This document shows positions 49,420 to 61,499 of a DNA stretch of 64,000 bases, piece by piece. The position numbers were made by a program, and so were the translations under genes. Below the pieces are notes generated by a model. The model saw only the letters and a program-made list of their open reading frames with translations, had not been told where the DNA came from and did not search any database. Source of the DNA: Anthoceros angustus (lineage: Eukaryota; Plantae; Anthocerotophyta); the NCBI GenBank assembly GCA_010909165.1, contig VJWM01000254.1, positions 124,001 through 188,000 on the forward strand. The letters run 5' to 3'. Numbering within the stretch: position 1 is the stretch's first letter; every line of letters begins with the position of its first letter.

Positions 49420-50560
49420 GAAGCCTAGTCAACTAGCATCCCTTTGGCATGCAAGGTTAGGGCATGCAAGAAGGCATAAACTAGTGGACATGTCTCAAAA
49501 GGAATGTCACAAAGAGCCATTACCCAAATGCTTCAAGGAGCTCCCCACTTACGAATCTTGCATTCCAGCTAAACAGAGGGAGTAGCCCTTCCCTAAGCAG
49601 GCACATAGGGCCACATCAGTCCTTGAGTTGGTACACGCCGACATTTCTGGAAAAATTCATGAGCCCTCCTTGGGAGGAGCTCAGTACTACCTCACAGTCC
49701 TTGAGTTGGTACACGCCGACATTTCTGGAAAAATTCATGAGCCCTCCTTGGGAGGAGCTCAGTACTACCTCACAGTCCTTGAGTTGGTACACGCCGACAT
49801 TTCTCGAAAAATTCATGAGCCCTCCTTGGGAGGAGCTCAGTACTACCTCACACTCACGGATGACTACAGTCGGTACTCATGGACTTTCCCCATGCATCTG
49901 AAGAGCGACATGCTTAAGCTCTTCTAGGAGTGGTTACCAACAGCCCAAAGACAATCCGAGTGTTTACTCAAGACCTTGCGAAGTGATAATGGCACGGAGT
50001 TTGTCAACAACGCCTTTGACACCTATCTGCATGATCAAGGGATACGACGACAGTTAATCGTACCTTACACCCAACAGCAGAATGGTGTGGCTCAACGCAA
50101 AAATCAGACCTTACTTGGTATGACTAGGAGAATGCTCTTATGGGCAGGGCTGCCACAAGAATATTGGGCAGAGGCTGTGGTCATAGCCACTTACATATCA
50201 ATTCGCATTTTGACTAGCTCTGTCCCAGGCAAGACACCTTTCGAAGTGTATTGGGGAAGGAAGCCGAGTTTGCTCCACCTTCGAGTGTTTGGCTCCAAGG
50301 CATACGCCTACATCCCTGCTGAGAAGCGAAAGAAGTTAGACAATAGATCTCGGAGTTTGATTTTCGTGGGATACAGTGAAACTGTTAAAGCTTACAAGCT
50401 TTATGACCCGGATACACACTCCGTTACCCTAGCACGCAGTGTTACCTTTCTGGAGCAATCTGGGCCGGCAACACAAACTTCAGATGTCATATCTTCAGAG
50501 GGAGTCCACAGAGATGTCCAGAATGAGCAACAGCCAGCACTTTATGTTGTGCGTAGATTA
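49420..50560 (+). mobile_element. Ty1/copia pol fragment (GAG-pre-integrase and integrase), truncated
   Basis: SLWHARLGH, LELVHADISG, YYLTLTDDYSRYSW, LRSDNGTEF, QQNGVAQRKNQTL and HLRVFGSKAY. In-frame stops are present; no RT/RH follows. Confidence 0.9.
49618..49851 (+). repeat. 78-bp in-frame triplication in the integrase (VLELVHADISGKIHEPSLGGAQYYLT x3)
   Basis: Units start at 49618, 49696 and 49774. Confidence 0.92.
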
Positions 50561-50982
50561 CCCAAAAGAACAGCGTCTGGCATACATGTTAAGCTAGGGA
50601 TAAAAGAGATGGGCGTCGGCATGCCGGTGCCCACCTGGTAGGCACATGTTCAACAAAAGTAATTGGTCTAAAACACTGTCATTGATGCAGTCTAGGTTGA
50701 AAGGTCTTCCATTCCGGTTTGAGTCTTTGGAGGGCATTGCCCATGCACGTCATCCATGACCACTTGCAGTTCTTTCAGTCGAGCATGCTCCGTGTCTTCA
50801 AAGTTGTCATTTTCCTCCATCGCATTATCTTCGTCGGTATGGTCTTCTTCCGCGCCATTGTCAGAGTCATTTTGTGGCCAAACAACATCCAGGGTCTGCT
50901 GCCCATCGTCCAGGATGTCACGGTATTCTCCTTCCTACAATTAGTTGCCAAACGAACAACCTACGACTGAGACCCATCCTTT

Positions 50983-52520
50983 TCAGACAAAACTCACCTC
51001 TTTTGCCCATAACTGGGTCGGGCCTCGACGATGTGGTTCATAATTCAACTCCTCTTCAGCGTCCAGCAGCACTTCGTAGCCATGGATCCTCTGAAGAATC
51101 AACTCTGCGCACCTCTTGTCTACCTCGATTGAAATGCAGTTGCGTCCACAAAGCAAGGCTGCCAAAGTCGTTAACCCACTCCTAGCACAAGATCCAGAAT
51201 CCAATCCCCCTCCTTCAAGAAACTTTTGATGAGCCTCATCATCAAAGCCAAAGGCCTTTGATAAGCACAGACCACCAGCTTGTCCAATGATGTGTACAGC
51301 AACTTCTTCACCATTGTAGGATGCCCGATGACTACCCCCCATTGTTGAAAGACCCATGGATGTTAGTGGGGATCATGGAAATTTTGGTCTTCTTGCTATC
51401 CGATGTTAAACCCCACCCTACAGTCACGTACTCCATAGTGTCGTACCCACCCAAGTCGTTATGCATATTTGTTTTGTGCCATACAAAAGAGACCGATCCT
51501 CCTCCTCTGCACCACTTTCGCATGGCCTCTCTGACCATATACTGCTCTTCAACACCATGCATCTATATCATTCTCATCTCCTGGCAGCTCATCATGTCAT
51601 GGAATGGATGGAATATTGTACTCAATTGACTTTGGTCTAACTTCACATCATGTTTGCCCTTGTTGAACCCTCTGTGCACGTCCATCGCCATGAGGGTGTA
51701 CTTGCGGATCCTAAGAAACCCTCTCATATCAGCTGCATCCTTCGCAATGACTTGGTACTTCACAATGTCTTTCCTCCATGTCCATATCTGCCAGTGCTCT
51801 CTGCTCATTTTCCAGCCCTTTCCATGTGTGAATCTCAAGAATAAATGCTTGAAAATCCTCAGGTTTAGTGGGTGAGAGTGAAAGGGCATGATAACGAAGG
51901 CGCCGGCATGCCAGCACCCTCCAACAAACATTACCAAGAATGGATGGCAATTTGGTTACCTTGCCCTCGAAGGCAGCTTGAAACCTTGCTATCACTTCAT
52001 CGGAGGAGTGTTGAGGGTATTCTTGTCTCACCATATCGAATGAGTCACATGCCAGATGTTTTGCCATGGCCACTTGTATCACGTGAAATTTCTTGCACAA
52101 GGTTACTTTCTTCCCTATGCCGTTGAGGTCCAGGAGTCGCGTCAGTACCTTCTCTGTTGCACATATCAACATATGTTGACTAGACTGTCCATGTGGGATT
52201 CCTTGAAAGCTTCGCCAGGGCTTCCCCTACATCTCTTTGGGTTTGACAAAAACCCCCTCAACCTGCTTCATCTTGTCAGTTGCCTTCCGCTTTTCCTTGC
52301 TCTTCTTACTTGTTCCAGCCGCTACTTGCTTCGTATGAGGCCCGAACCCTCCCGATTATGCAGGATATATTGAGAACGTTCTTCTCACCAAACCCAAAAG
52401 TGAAGGTACTCACCGAAGTGCCAGACTTCCAGAAGTATGTGTGGCCAGTTAGGAAAGGTGCAAGAGGGCACCAATACAAGGCTGCCGCTAAACAGTTGAA
52501 CGACCTCTTGTTCTAGCACC
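50983..52520 (-). pseudogene. Second copy of the amino-methyltransferase-like gene (3' half)
   Basis: PEDFQAFILEIHTWKGLENEQRALADMDMEE (compare 39740 ORF), KYTLMAMDVHRGFNKGK, FVWHKTNMHND, and AYQRPLALMMRLIKSFLKEGDWILD/SCARSGLTTLAALLCGRNCISIEVDK. Confidence 0.72.
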
Positions 52521-52549
52521 AGTTCAAAATTACAAGAGAAGACAGAGTG

Positions 52550-53520
52550 GGATGGGGAAAGGTAACGGTCATACGGAGTAAACAATATTCCACTTCCCAG
52601 CAATGGAAAAGCGAAGATTTCTTGGAGTTCTTAACTTCAGTTCCTGATTGGCCCTGCACCATTAATGGCACTGCAGGCCAAAGATAAGAAGGCGAGTGAA
52701 GGTGGGCTCACTGGGAGGGCATTGAGCACTTACACAAAGGCTTTCTAAAGCTATCTACATGTGTGAATGCAGAGGAAGGGGAGTGTGGACTGAAATCTGG
52801 AAGGACCACAGTGAGATCTCAACTATAGTTGACAACAACTTTGGACTTGTCTTGCAGATTGAGTGAAAATGGTACGACAGGGCAGCAGCGGAATTACTAA
52901 TCCCCCCATTGCAAGTACCATAAGAAGCAGTAGACGAAGCATTACTCCAAGAAGTACCATAGAGAGACAAGTATTTGGGAGGTCACCAGAGTACAGAACG
53001 ATGTCAAGATCTAGAGGAGGTGGAAAGGATGAATGGGGATATCATGGAGATTCAAAAGAGCATGTTTCTCGTAACTCCTTGCGAGGAGGACACTCACAAC
53101 CGACCATTTTGGATTGCGAAGGTTATAAGTGTCCACCTAAATTCCGCTGACCCTTACTTACATGTGCATTGGTGGAGAACAGAGCACACAGATTCTTACG
53201 AGGGGAAGTATGTGGGAGAATACGCCTTCAGAACAGATGAAGACAAGGCACCACCATCAAAAAGTAAAGCTGGTAAAGTCTCAAGACCTCCTAACATCCA
53301 CACGGTCTTCGTTCGCAAAACCGTTATCGTCTATTATGGCTTCAAGTTGAACTCGAGGAAACATCTATATGCCGCAAATAAGAAAGCAATCATAGAGAAG
53401 TTGAGTGCCCTTCGTCCCCATCTACAACCTTGCACTCCTGATGTACAAGATTATAGCGATTATGATGGCGACGAGGCAATGCAGGTCAAAAGAGAAGGTT
53501 TAGAGTCTGGCGAGGAGTGA
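52550..53520 (+). pseudogene. C-terminal part of the DUF7869-like transposase (paralog of 25345-26300 and 27400-28050, minus strand)
   Basis: ERMNGDIMEI, PFWIAKVISV...LHVHWW, EGKYVGEY and VIVYYGFKLNSRKH...EKLSALRPHLQP are shared with the minus-strand fragments at 25.3-28 kb. Confidence 0.75.
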
Positions 53521-54439
53521 TCATGTGGTGTCATCGTCGTGGGACTTCCGCGATCATGGATTATATATGTTCAAACTCCCTTGACGATGATCATGATCCG
53601 TGATGATCATGATCCGACGATGACACGACATGATCACTCGTCGGTGATCATGTCGTGTCATCGTCGTTCCAGGATCATATATGTTCAAGTCCGCATAGGC
53701 TGCCAGCGCCCCCATATATCAACGGACTTCTGAAATACGCAATATTCAATTTTGCTTAACCCCGTGTGGATGGATGTACATATCAAAGACCATGGTATTT
53801 AGTCTCCAATAAGGGTTTCCAGTAAACTATGTGTTGGATAGCAAACATGCTTTGGTCACGACATTGGCGTGGATGTTTGTATTCGCTCATGGTCTAGCGC
53901 AGCAGCGGTATGGGCGCCGGCATGCCGGCGCCCCAACCGCAGGCCCGCACGTAAAACCAGTTCAGGTTAATAATTTGACATGATCTCAAGTAACATATTC
54001 GGGACTAACACTCGGAAGCTGCTTGGCTCACGAGGTTGGAGATGGTTGGTTCAATGCATCTATACTTATATGAAGAAATATAGCGTATTTGACTATCCTT
54101 CACCCACATGCATGGAGTGCCATATGGGTATTGTTTATAGGAAAAACAATGGAGGCTATAAGTCAATGACCCTAGCTGAATCATAAAATACAAAAGTATA
54201 CTCTTGGATTGGGTAGCGAGATATTTCTCTAGTTATTTCTCGATGATTTGTAACACACTGTACAACCTCTAGTACTACGTGATTTAAAACACTTAAAATG
54301 TCTCAATAGTGGTCTTAATAATTTACACGCCATTTGCAACACTATCATCGCACACTATCATTTGCAACACTATCATGTGACTGTTTGCAACATATGGGTG
54401 ACCGTTTGCAGCAGTAGTGGTCTTAATAGGGGGCTCAAA

Positions 54440-54790
54440 CATTAGGTTCGGTGGATGGGGATGGGGAAACGGAGTGGGGGTGGTAGTAGGAATGGGAATG
54501 GGGACATGGTGGAGTGGGAGTAGGAGTGGGGATGGGTTTGTAAGCGGAAGCCGGGTGGGAGTAGGAGTGGGAATGGGTTTGTAAGCGGAAACGGAGTGGG
54601 GTGGTAGTAGGAATGGGAATGGGGACATGGTGGAGTGGGAGTAGGAGTGGGGATGGGTTTGTAAGCGGAAGCCGGGTGGGAGTAGGAGTGGGAATGGGTT
54701 TGTAAGCGGAAACGGAGAGTGGGAGTAAGAGTGGGGATGGGGACGCGGAAACGGAGTGGGAGTACCAATGGGGATGGGGACGTGATAAGC
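54440..54790. repeat. G-rich compound minisatellite
   Basis: Repeating GGAGTGGGAGTAGGAGTGGG(G/A)ATGGGTTTGTAAGCGGAA and GGAATGGGAATGGGGACATGG units. Confidence 0.85.
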
Positions 54791-55426
54791 ATTTATACAA
54801 TGGTAAACAACACCACCATCTGCATGCTCTTTCATGAAAAGCAGCAGGACCATTGGTCTTTTTGCAAAGAATTAAAAGATCCCGTGGTGGCACCCCTTTT
54901 GCATCACAGGAAACATTTCTACTGGAAATGGATCAAGAAAAGCAAGATGAGTTTCATGGTTCTATCGAAAGCAGGATAGAGATTGAAAATGCAAGGTAAA
55001 AGAAAGAGCTTCCCCAAGATGACCTCGACAAGACGGTTGCTGACCTACGGAAGACAGTCTTTCATCTCCAGAAGATGATTGTTGAATTTTAGGAAAGAGA
55101 TCAGGGACAATGAAGGAGCACAAAAGAACACGAAAGGAGCATAGAAGAACAGGGAAGGAGCCTAGAGGAATAAGGAAGGACCATAGAGGAACATGGAAGG
55201 AGCCTAGAGGAACAAGGAAGGAGCATAGAGGAAGAGGGAAGGAGCATAACGGTCACTCCTTTCCTCTATGCTCCTTGAAGGGAGGAAGGTCCTCCCTTCA
55301 AGGAATGACATCCAGACATGGGGTTATTGGAACTCAATAGTCAAGGGATAGATCAGTACTCGGATGGGGTGCAACCCATTCGGGGGGCTATATATCATGC
55401 CCTCGGTCTCCGCACTGTGCAGGGCC

Positions 55427-55659
55427 TGTTGGAGTACAAACCTCGGCACTACGGATTGGGGTTTTAGCACCCAAGAGCTATTAGGGCACGTTTCGTGCAT
55501 AGGTAGATAAACGTTTTAGTTGCTGAAGAGCAGTTCTGTTGGTTACGCTAGTACTCGACATTGGTGCGGTTACAACCGCATCTCAGACACTATATGTACA
55601 GCACTCTCGCTTAAACAACTTACTTATCATAGCTCAATCTAGCACCTTGCTCTGCTTTA
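55427..55659 (+). repeat. 5' LTR (lacks the distal ~40 nt seen in the 3' LTR)
   Basis: Matches 60988 onward up to CTCTGCTTTA, then runs directly into the PBS. Confidence 0.8.
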
Positions 55660-55672
55660 TGGTATCAGAGCC
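55660..55672 (+). promoter_or_regulatory. Primer binding site complementary to the initiator tRNA-Met 3' end
   Basis: TGGTATCAGAGCC immediately after the LTR. Confidence 0.9.
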
Positions 55673-56094
55673 ACCGCGCTCGGTGCCGTTCGGTGTCTCA
55701 CAAGCACCTCGCGCTTGGTCTTCACAAATCAGCCGTGATGGAGCTAGAAGACACATACGGCAACCAGCGCCTGTAATCCTGAAACCTGCAACATGGCTCG
55801 AAAGCGCAATCCAGCAAGCTACTCACCTTTGGGCAGGGCCCCACCCCCAAGGCAAGTAATCTGCAATGAGTGCATTGCAGAGATGATGAGCGGTCTTGGA
55901 TCCAACCACCAAAGACCACTCCGCAACAACTCGAGCATACTTCCTGCCAAGAGAATCATCACACACGAAGATTTGAAGACACAACTCTCAGCAATCGAGC
56001 ATCAAATTGAGTTGCTCCACCTAGCCGTAGAGAGAATTTCCGTTAGCCATAGACTGTAGATTAGCATTATACGCACCATGATTAGAGGACGCTT

Positions 56095-57075
56095 ATGCTA
56101 GCCTTCGATCCTCTCAAAAACTATATCAGAAAGACTAAGAGACACAGAACAATCATGAGTGCACAAGTCCCCACTGTAGTCAACACCACCAAAATCGAGT
56201 TCCGTGACCGAGACCGGTTTAACGGAACCGATTTTGTGGTGTGGAAGATGAGGGTCACTGCCCTACTCGAAGAGCATGACTTGATGGAGATTGTCAACGG
56301 CACACTCCCAGTGCTAGGGCCCACTTCCAATCCCGTTGGAATGCCCGACACAATCGCAGCTTGGAACAAGAGGGACAAGCGCGCATGCAACGTCCTCATT
56401 TCTGCACTCAACAAAAGTCTACTTCAGCACACACAAAGCACTAAAGACGCTCACGGGATCTGGAAGATATTCAACGATATGTTCCAAGCCCAAGACTCTA
56501 TGTCGCTAGTGAATGCCACAAGACTGTTTTACCAACTAAAGATGAAGGATAGCGAGAGTATCGAGCAACACATCAGCAATTTTCAAGCAGCAAGGGCGCG
56601 ACTCGCCACAGCCGGCACCGCAGTCACAGAACACCAAGCTGCAGTCACACTTCTAACATCCCTGCCTGCATCTTACAGGACCTTCGTTAGCTCCCAGAAT
56701 TCCATCATCAGACAATCAGCAAAAGCAACTGCAGCTGGAGGTGCCCAAGCGGACATCTTTTCTGAAATTTTCGGAGCTCTACTGGAGGAAGAATCCAGCC
56801 GCTCCGGCAATCCACGCACGAGTCAAGGCGCAAATCATGCCCTCTTTACTTCTCGAGGCCGAGCAGGAAGACGAGGCAGGCGGGGAGCTCGTAGAAGACC
56901 CTCGCATCGCCAGCCATCACCGGAGGATTCAACAACCCAAAGGTCATCACCGGAGGATTCAACAACTCCAGCAGTCATCACCTGGAGGATTCAACAACTC
57001 CAGCAGTCATCACCTGGAGGATTCAACAACTCCGAAATATCACCGGAGGATTCAACAACCCAAAGACCCTCATAA
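56095..57075 (+). CDS. Copia Gag (UBN2-type)
   Basis: FNGTDFVVWKMRVTALLEEHDL, AWNKRDKRACNVL, LFYQLKMKDSESIEQHI and LLTSLPASY. Confidence 0.85.
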   Translation: MLAFDPLKNYIRKTKRHRTIMSAQVPTVVNTTKIEFRDRDRFNGTDFVVWKMRVTALLEEHDLMEIVNGTLPVLGPTSNPVGMPDTIAAWNKRDKRACNVLISALNKSLLQHTQSTKDAHGIWKIFNDMFQAQDSMSLVNATRLFYQLKMKDSESIEQHISNFQAARARLATAGTAVTEHQAAVTLLTSLPASYRTFVSSQNSIIRQSAKATAAGGAQADIFSEIFGALLEEESSRSGNPRTSQGANHALFTSRGRAGRRGRRGARRRPSHRQPSPEDSTTQRSSPEDSTTPAVITWRIQQLQQSSPGGFNNSEISPEDSTTQRPS

Positions 57076-60000
57076 GAAGAACGGGAAGGGCCCCTGGCCG
57101 GTGCAGTTCTACGCACCACGAGCACGAATGCGTAAAGAAACAACAAGAGAACCCCGACGAGACTCACCCAGGAACGAGTCCAACGTGACTACATCAATCA
57201 AGTCACCCCCGCAAGCTCAATTATAGCCGTTTGCTTGACGACCCGACAGTAATCGGACCAAATGGTTTTAGATTCAAGCCGACGACCCACATCTGCAGCA
57301 GTAAGGATATGTTCACATCCTACCATACGGTCAACTTCGACCAGCACGTCCTCCTCGGAGATGACAGTTCCCTACCAGTCGAAGGCACTGGTGAGGTACA
57401 GCTGCGGCTGTCTAATGGAGAGACTCTCACCATCAACGGTGTCCTCCACGTTCCTGCAATGACGAAGAATTTACTATCAGTCCGCAAGCTAGCAACGGAG
57501 CACAATTTTATCATTACCTTCCAATGCAATCATTGCTCCATCTATCATTCAAATGACAAGACTCAAACTGCTATAGCACATGGACTTTCCTTCAACGACT
57601 GCACTTAACATTCTAGTCTCGGCCTCAAGACCGCCGCCGCTGCCCCTTATCAGTAACCTCGACACTGCACTGCAGCACGAGGCATATCAATCCACGGTAC
57701 CTCAGCACATTTTCCAACCCGGACATGTATAAGGATCCTGTCTGCAATAAGGTACCCAAGGACTTCTTTTGCGAGATATGCAAGTACTCAAAGTTACATC
57801 AACTCCCATTCAACGACCCCTCACCTACTCGAGCTCAACGTCTCCTGGAGGTTGTCCACTCAGATATCTGCGGACCAATGAGTACCTCCAATTTCGGTGG
57901 CCACAGCTACTTCTTGACATTCTTGGACGAGTGGAGCAGGTACTGCCACATTTTTTTCCTTAGGCACAAGGACGAAGCACTCACCTGTTTCCAAGAATTG
58001 TCCTAGCAGCAGAAAGGCAAACTGGTTTCCAGGTCAGTACACTCCGCACTGACAACGGAGGAGAGTACACAAGTCACGCCTTCCAGGACTTCTGCAAATC
58101 CAAAGGGATTCTCGGCCAACGCACAGTACCTCACACACTAGCCCATAACCCATTTGCTGAGCGACTGAATCGCTCCCTTCTTGAGATCTCCAGATCCATA
58201 CTCAAGCTTTCTGGGCTCACTCGAGGCTATTGGGCCGAGGCCGTAGCAACATCCAACTATCTGAAGAATATATTTCCCACAAAAGAGCTGCCCAACATCA
58301 CACCCTTTGAGCGCTGGACAGGGCACAAACCCCGAATCTCCCACATCAGAATCTTCGGCACCAAAGATTTGCTCATATCCCGTCGACGCCATGGGACGAC
58401 AAGGCGTAAACTTCTCTTTGTCGGGTATTCAGATCAGGCCAAGGCATATCGCCTCTTTGACCCTTCCACCCGTGAGGTAATACTCTCCAGAAGTGTCCAC
58501 TTCCATGAATCCCTGCTGCTTAACTCCTATTTAGCCTCTCTGTTGTCCCCCCTCCCTGCTCCTAGCATGTCAGGTTTCCTCCACATGGATTCCCCTCTTG
58601 ATCTTGAGGGGGCCACACTCTATGACAACGACCAAGTCCAAGAGGAGAACCAGCACTGCCTACTCCGCCTCCAAAGAGCCCAAGCACCACCACATGTTCC
58701 AGTGCCAGTGCGGTGTACTACCTCCCCCACAACTACCTGCACCAGAAGCTCTGGATCAGCCACACCATCATGTGATAGATAACCAAGTCTTAGACATGAA
58801 CCATATCCACGATGAAGGTACCCAAGGACTTCTTTTGCGAGATATGCAAGTACTCAAAGTTACATCAACTCCCATTCAACGACCCCTCACCTACTCGAGC
58901 TCAACGCCTCGGAGGTTGTCCACTCTTATATCTCAAGGACCAATGAGTACCTCCAATTTCGTGGCCAGCTACTTCTTGACATTCTTGGACGAGTGGGCAG
59001 TGCATCGCCACATTTTTTCCTTAGGCACAAGGACTAAGCACTCACTGCTTTCCAAGAATTGTCCTAGCGCAAACCTGGTTTCAGTCAAGACACTCCGACC
59101 GACAACGGAGGAGAGTACAAGTCACGCCTGTGACTTCGCAATCCAAAGGGATTCTCGCCAACGACTCACACACTAGCCCATAACCCATTTGCCGAGCGAC
59201 CGACCGCTCCTTCTTGAGATCTCCGGATCCATACTCAAGCTCGGGCTCACTCGAGGCCGAGGCCGATAACATCCAACCATCTCAAGAATATATTTCCCAC
59301 AAAAGAGCTGCCCAACATCACACCCTTTGAGCGCTGGACAGGGCACAAACCCCGAATCTCCCACATCGTAATCTTCTCACCAAAGATTTGCTCATATCCC
59401 CGACGTCAGCAGACGCAAATGGGACGACAAGGCGTAAACTTCTCGCATCGGATCAGCCAAGGCATATCGCCTCTTGACCCTTCCACCCGTGAGGTAATAC
59501 TCATGTCCACTTCCATGAATCCCTGGTGCTTAACTCCTATTTAGCCTCTCTGTTGTCCCCTCCTCGCCTAGCATGTCGTTTCTCCACATGGATTCCCCTC
59601 TTGATCTTGAGGGGCCACACTCTATGACAACGACCAAGTCCAAGAGAGAACCAAATTGCCTACTCGCCTCCAAAGCAGCCCAAGCACCACCACATGTTCC
59701 ACCGGCCAGCATGACCCTGTGTACTACCTCCCCACAACTACCTGCACTGTAAGCTCCGCCCACACCATCATGTGATAGATAACCAAGTCTTAGACATGAA
59801 CCATATCCCAGTACTCGAGGTACCCATCCCAGAACCTGACCCTCCTCCTCTAAGGCATTCCACACGCAATAGACCACCAAGCCATCTATGGAAAAATCCA
59901 CCCTTTGTCCCTAGAGATTCTTTTTCTCGTCATGCAACCGTTCCACCTGTAGAAGCACCAGTTCCCGCTCAAGCCCAGCCTGACAATGCAGACCCAGTCC

Positions 60001-60987
60001 AACTTGCCCTGCATCAAGCTATGTCCGCAATTGAGATGCAAGATGTACCTGCAAGCATAGAAGAAGCCCTTAGTACGCCCGATTGGAAGGCATCTGTCCA
60101 GTCTGAATACGACTCCTTAATTGCCAATAATACCTGGAAGCTCACTGACCTGCCTGCTGGGCGCAAACCTAAGGTCACAGCTTGTGCAACGTCGGAACGT
60201 GGTATCCAGATATTTGTCGAACCCCGGGAAGGCTCACTGGACCTGCGTCAAGTGCATCCTTTGCTACCTAAAGAAGACCAAGTCCCTCAGACTCATCTAC
60301 AGAGGCGACCGCTCTACCAAGCTCACTCTAATCTCCTTCTCAAACGCAGATTGGGCAGGAGATCCAGATGCGAGAAGGTCTACAGCAGCCTGCTGCACAG
60401 CCATCAACGGCTATACAATGTCATGGGCGTGCAAGAAGATGCAAACAATCTGTACCTCATCAATCGAAGCGGAGTATGCAGCAACAACGCTGGCGGCCAA
60501 GGAGATTCTGTGGGTGAGGCAATTCCTGCACGACATAGGCGAGGACCAGGATCGTGCTAAGGCCTATTCTCATGACAATCAATCGGCCATCGCCATAACA
60601 CTCAACCCTGTGCTGCACGCAAGGACCAAGCACGTGAGATCCAAAGACCACTTCATTCTAAGTGGTGGCCAACAAGCAAGTCGCCTTAAGCTACATCAAC
60701 ACGAATGACAACACCACCGATCCGGCGAAGGGCCTACCAAGCCACTTCACGGCTGACACCCGAATGTATCGGATTGGTGAGCAGAGAATCTTATCTGGGC
60801 ATCCTCAGCAGCCCAACAAGATGACGAAGGGAGCTCCTTAGCTCCGCCGGGCCTGACCTGCTCCACCACCGCCAAAGATCCTCGCTCAACTCGACCTTCC
60901 ACCGCACTGGAAGATTGAGGACGAGGTTGAGACACGCGTGGGAGATGGACGTCATCACGGCAAGCTGGAATCCGCAGCGAGGGGGAG

Positions 60988-61499
60988 TGTTGGAGTAGAA
61001 ACCTCGGTGCTACGGATTGGGGTTTTAGCACTCAAGAGCTATTAGGGCACGTTTCATGCATAGGTAGATAAACGTTTTAGTTGCTGAAGAGCAGTTCTAT
61101 TGGTTACGCTAGTACTTGACATTGGTGCAGTTACAACCATCTCAGACACTAATTATATGGCAAAGACTCGCTAAACAACTTACTTATCATAGCTCAATCT
61201 AGCACCTTGCTCCGCTTTAGGGCCCTCCATATTACAAACTTGACATTGGTGCAGTTACAACCATCTCAGACACTATATGTACAGCACTCTCGCTTAAACA
61301 ACTTACTTATCATAGCTCAATCTAGCACCTTGCTCCGCTTTAGGGCCCTCCATATTACAAACTTGACATTGGTGCAGTTACAACCATCTCAGACACTATA
61401 TGTACAGCACTCTCGCTTAAACAACTTACTTATCATAGCTCAATCTAGCACCTTGCTCCGCTTTAGGGCCCTCCATATTACAAACTCCAATTATTAACA
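60988..61499 (+). repeat. 3' LTR with a ~124-bp distal segment present three times; preceded by PPT GAGGGGGAG (60979-60987)
   Basis: CTTGACATTGGTGCAGTTACAACC occurs at ~61115, 61238 and 61362; the LTR ends ...ATTAACA at 61499. Confidence 0.8.

Larger units (their letters stand above)
50600..53940. mobile_element. Internally deleted, diverged relative of the 24534-41579 element
   Basis: The MTase-like gene (minus, ~50980-52520) is joined back-to-back to the transposase 3' third (plus, ~52550-53520), the same divergent order as in element 1. Family palindromes lie at 50611, 51899 and 53912. Termini were not found. Confidence 0.65.
55427..61499 (+). mobile_element. Ty1/copia LTR retrotransposon, defective (frameshifts, ~1 kb integrase duplication, most of RT deleted)
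   Basis: Similar LTRs start TGTTGGAGT at 55427 and 60988; PBS, gag, protease-like WVLDS..TTHIC, integrase, RNase H (ADWAGD, SIEAEY, RTKHV) and PPT are present in copia order. Confidence 0.92.

Noticed and set aside
53940-54430. Candidate right TIR for the second element
   Set aside because: No convincing match to the 32-bp TIR and no TSD partner found.
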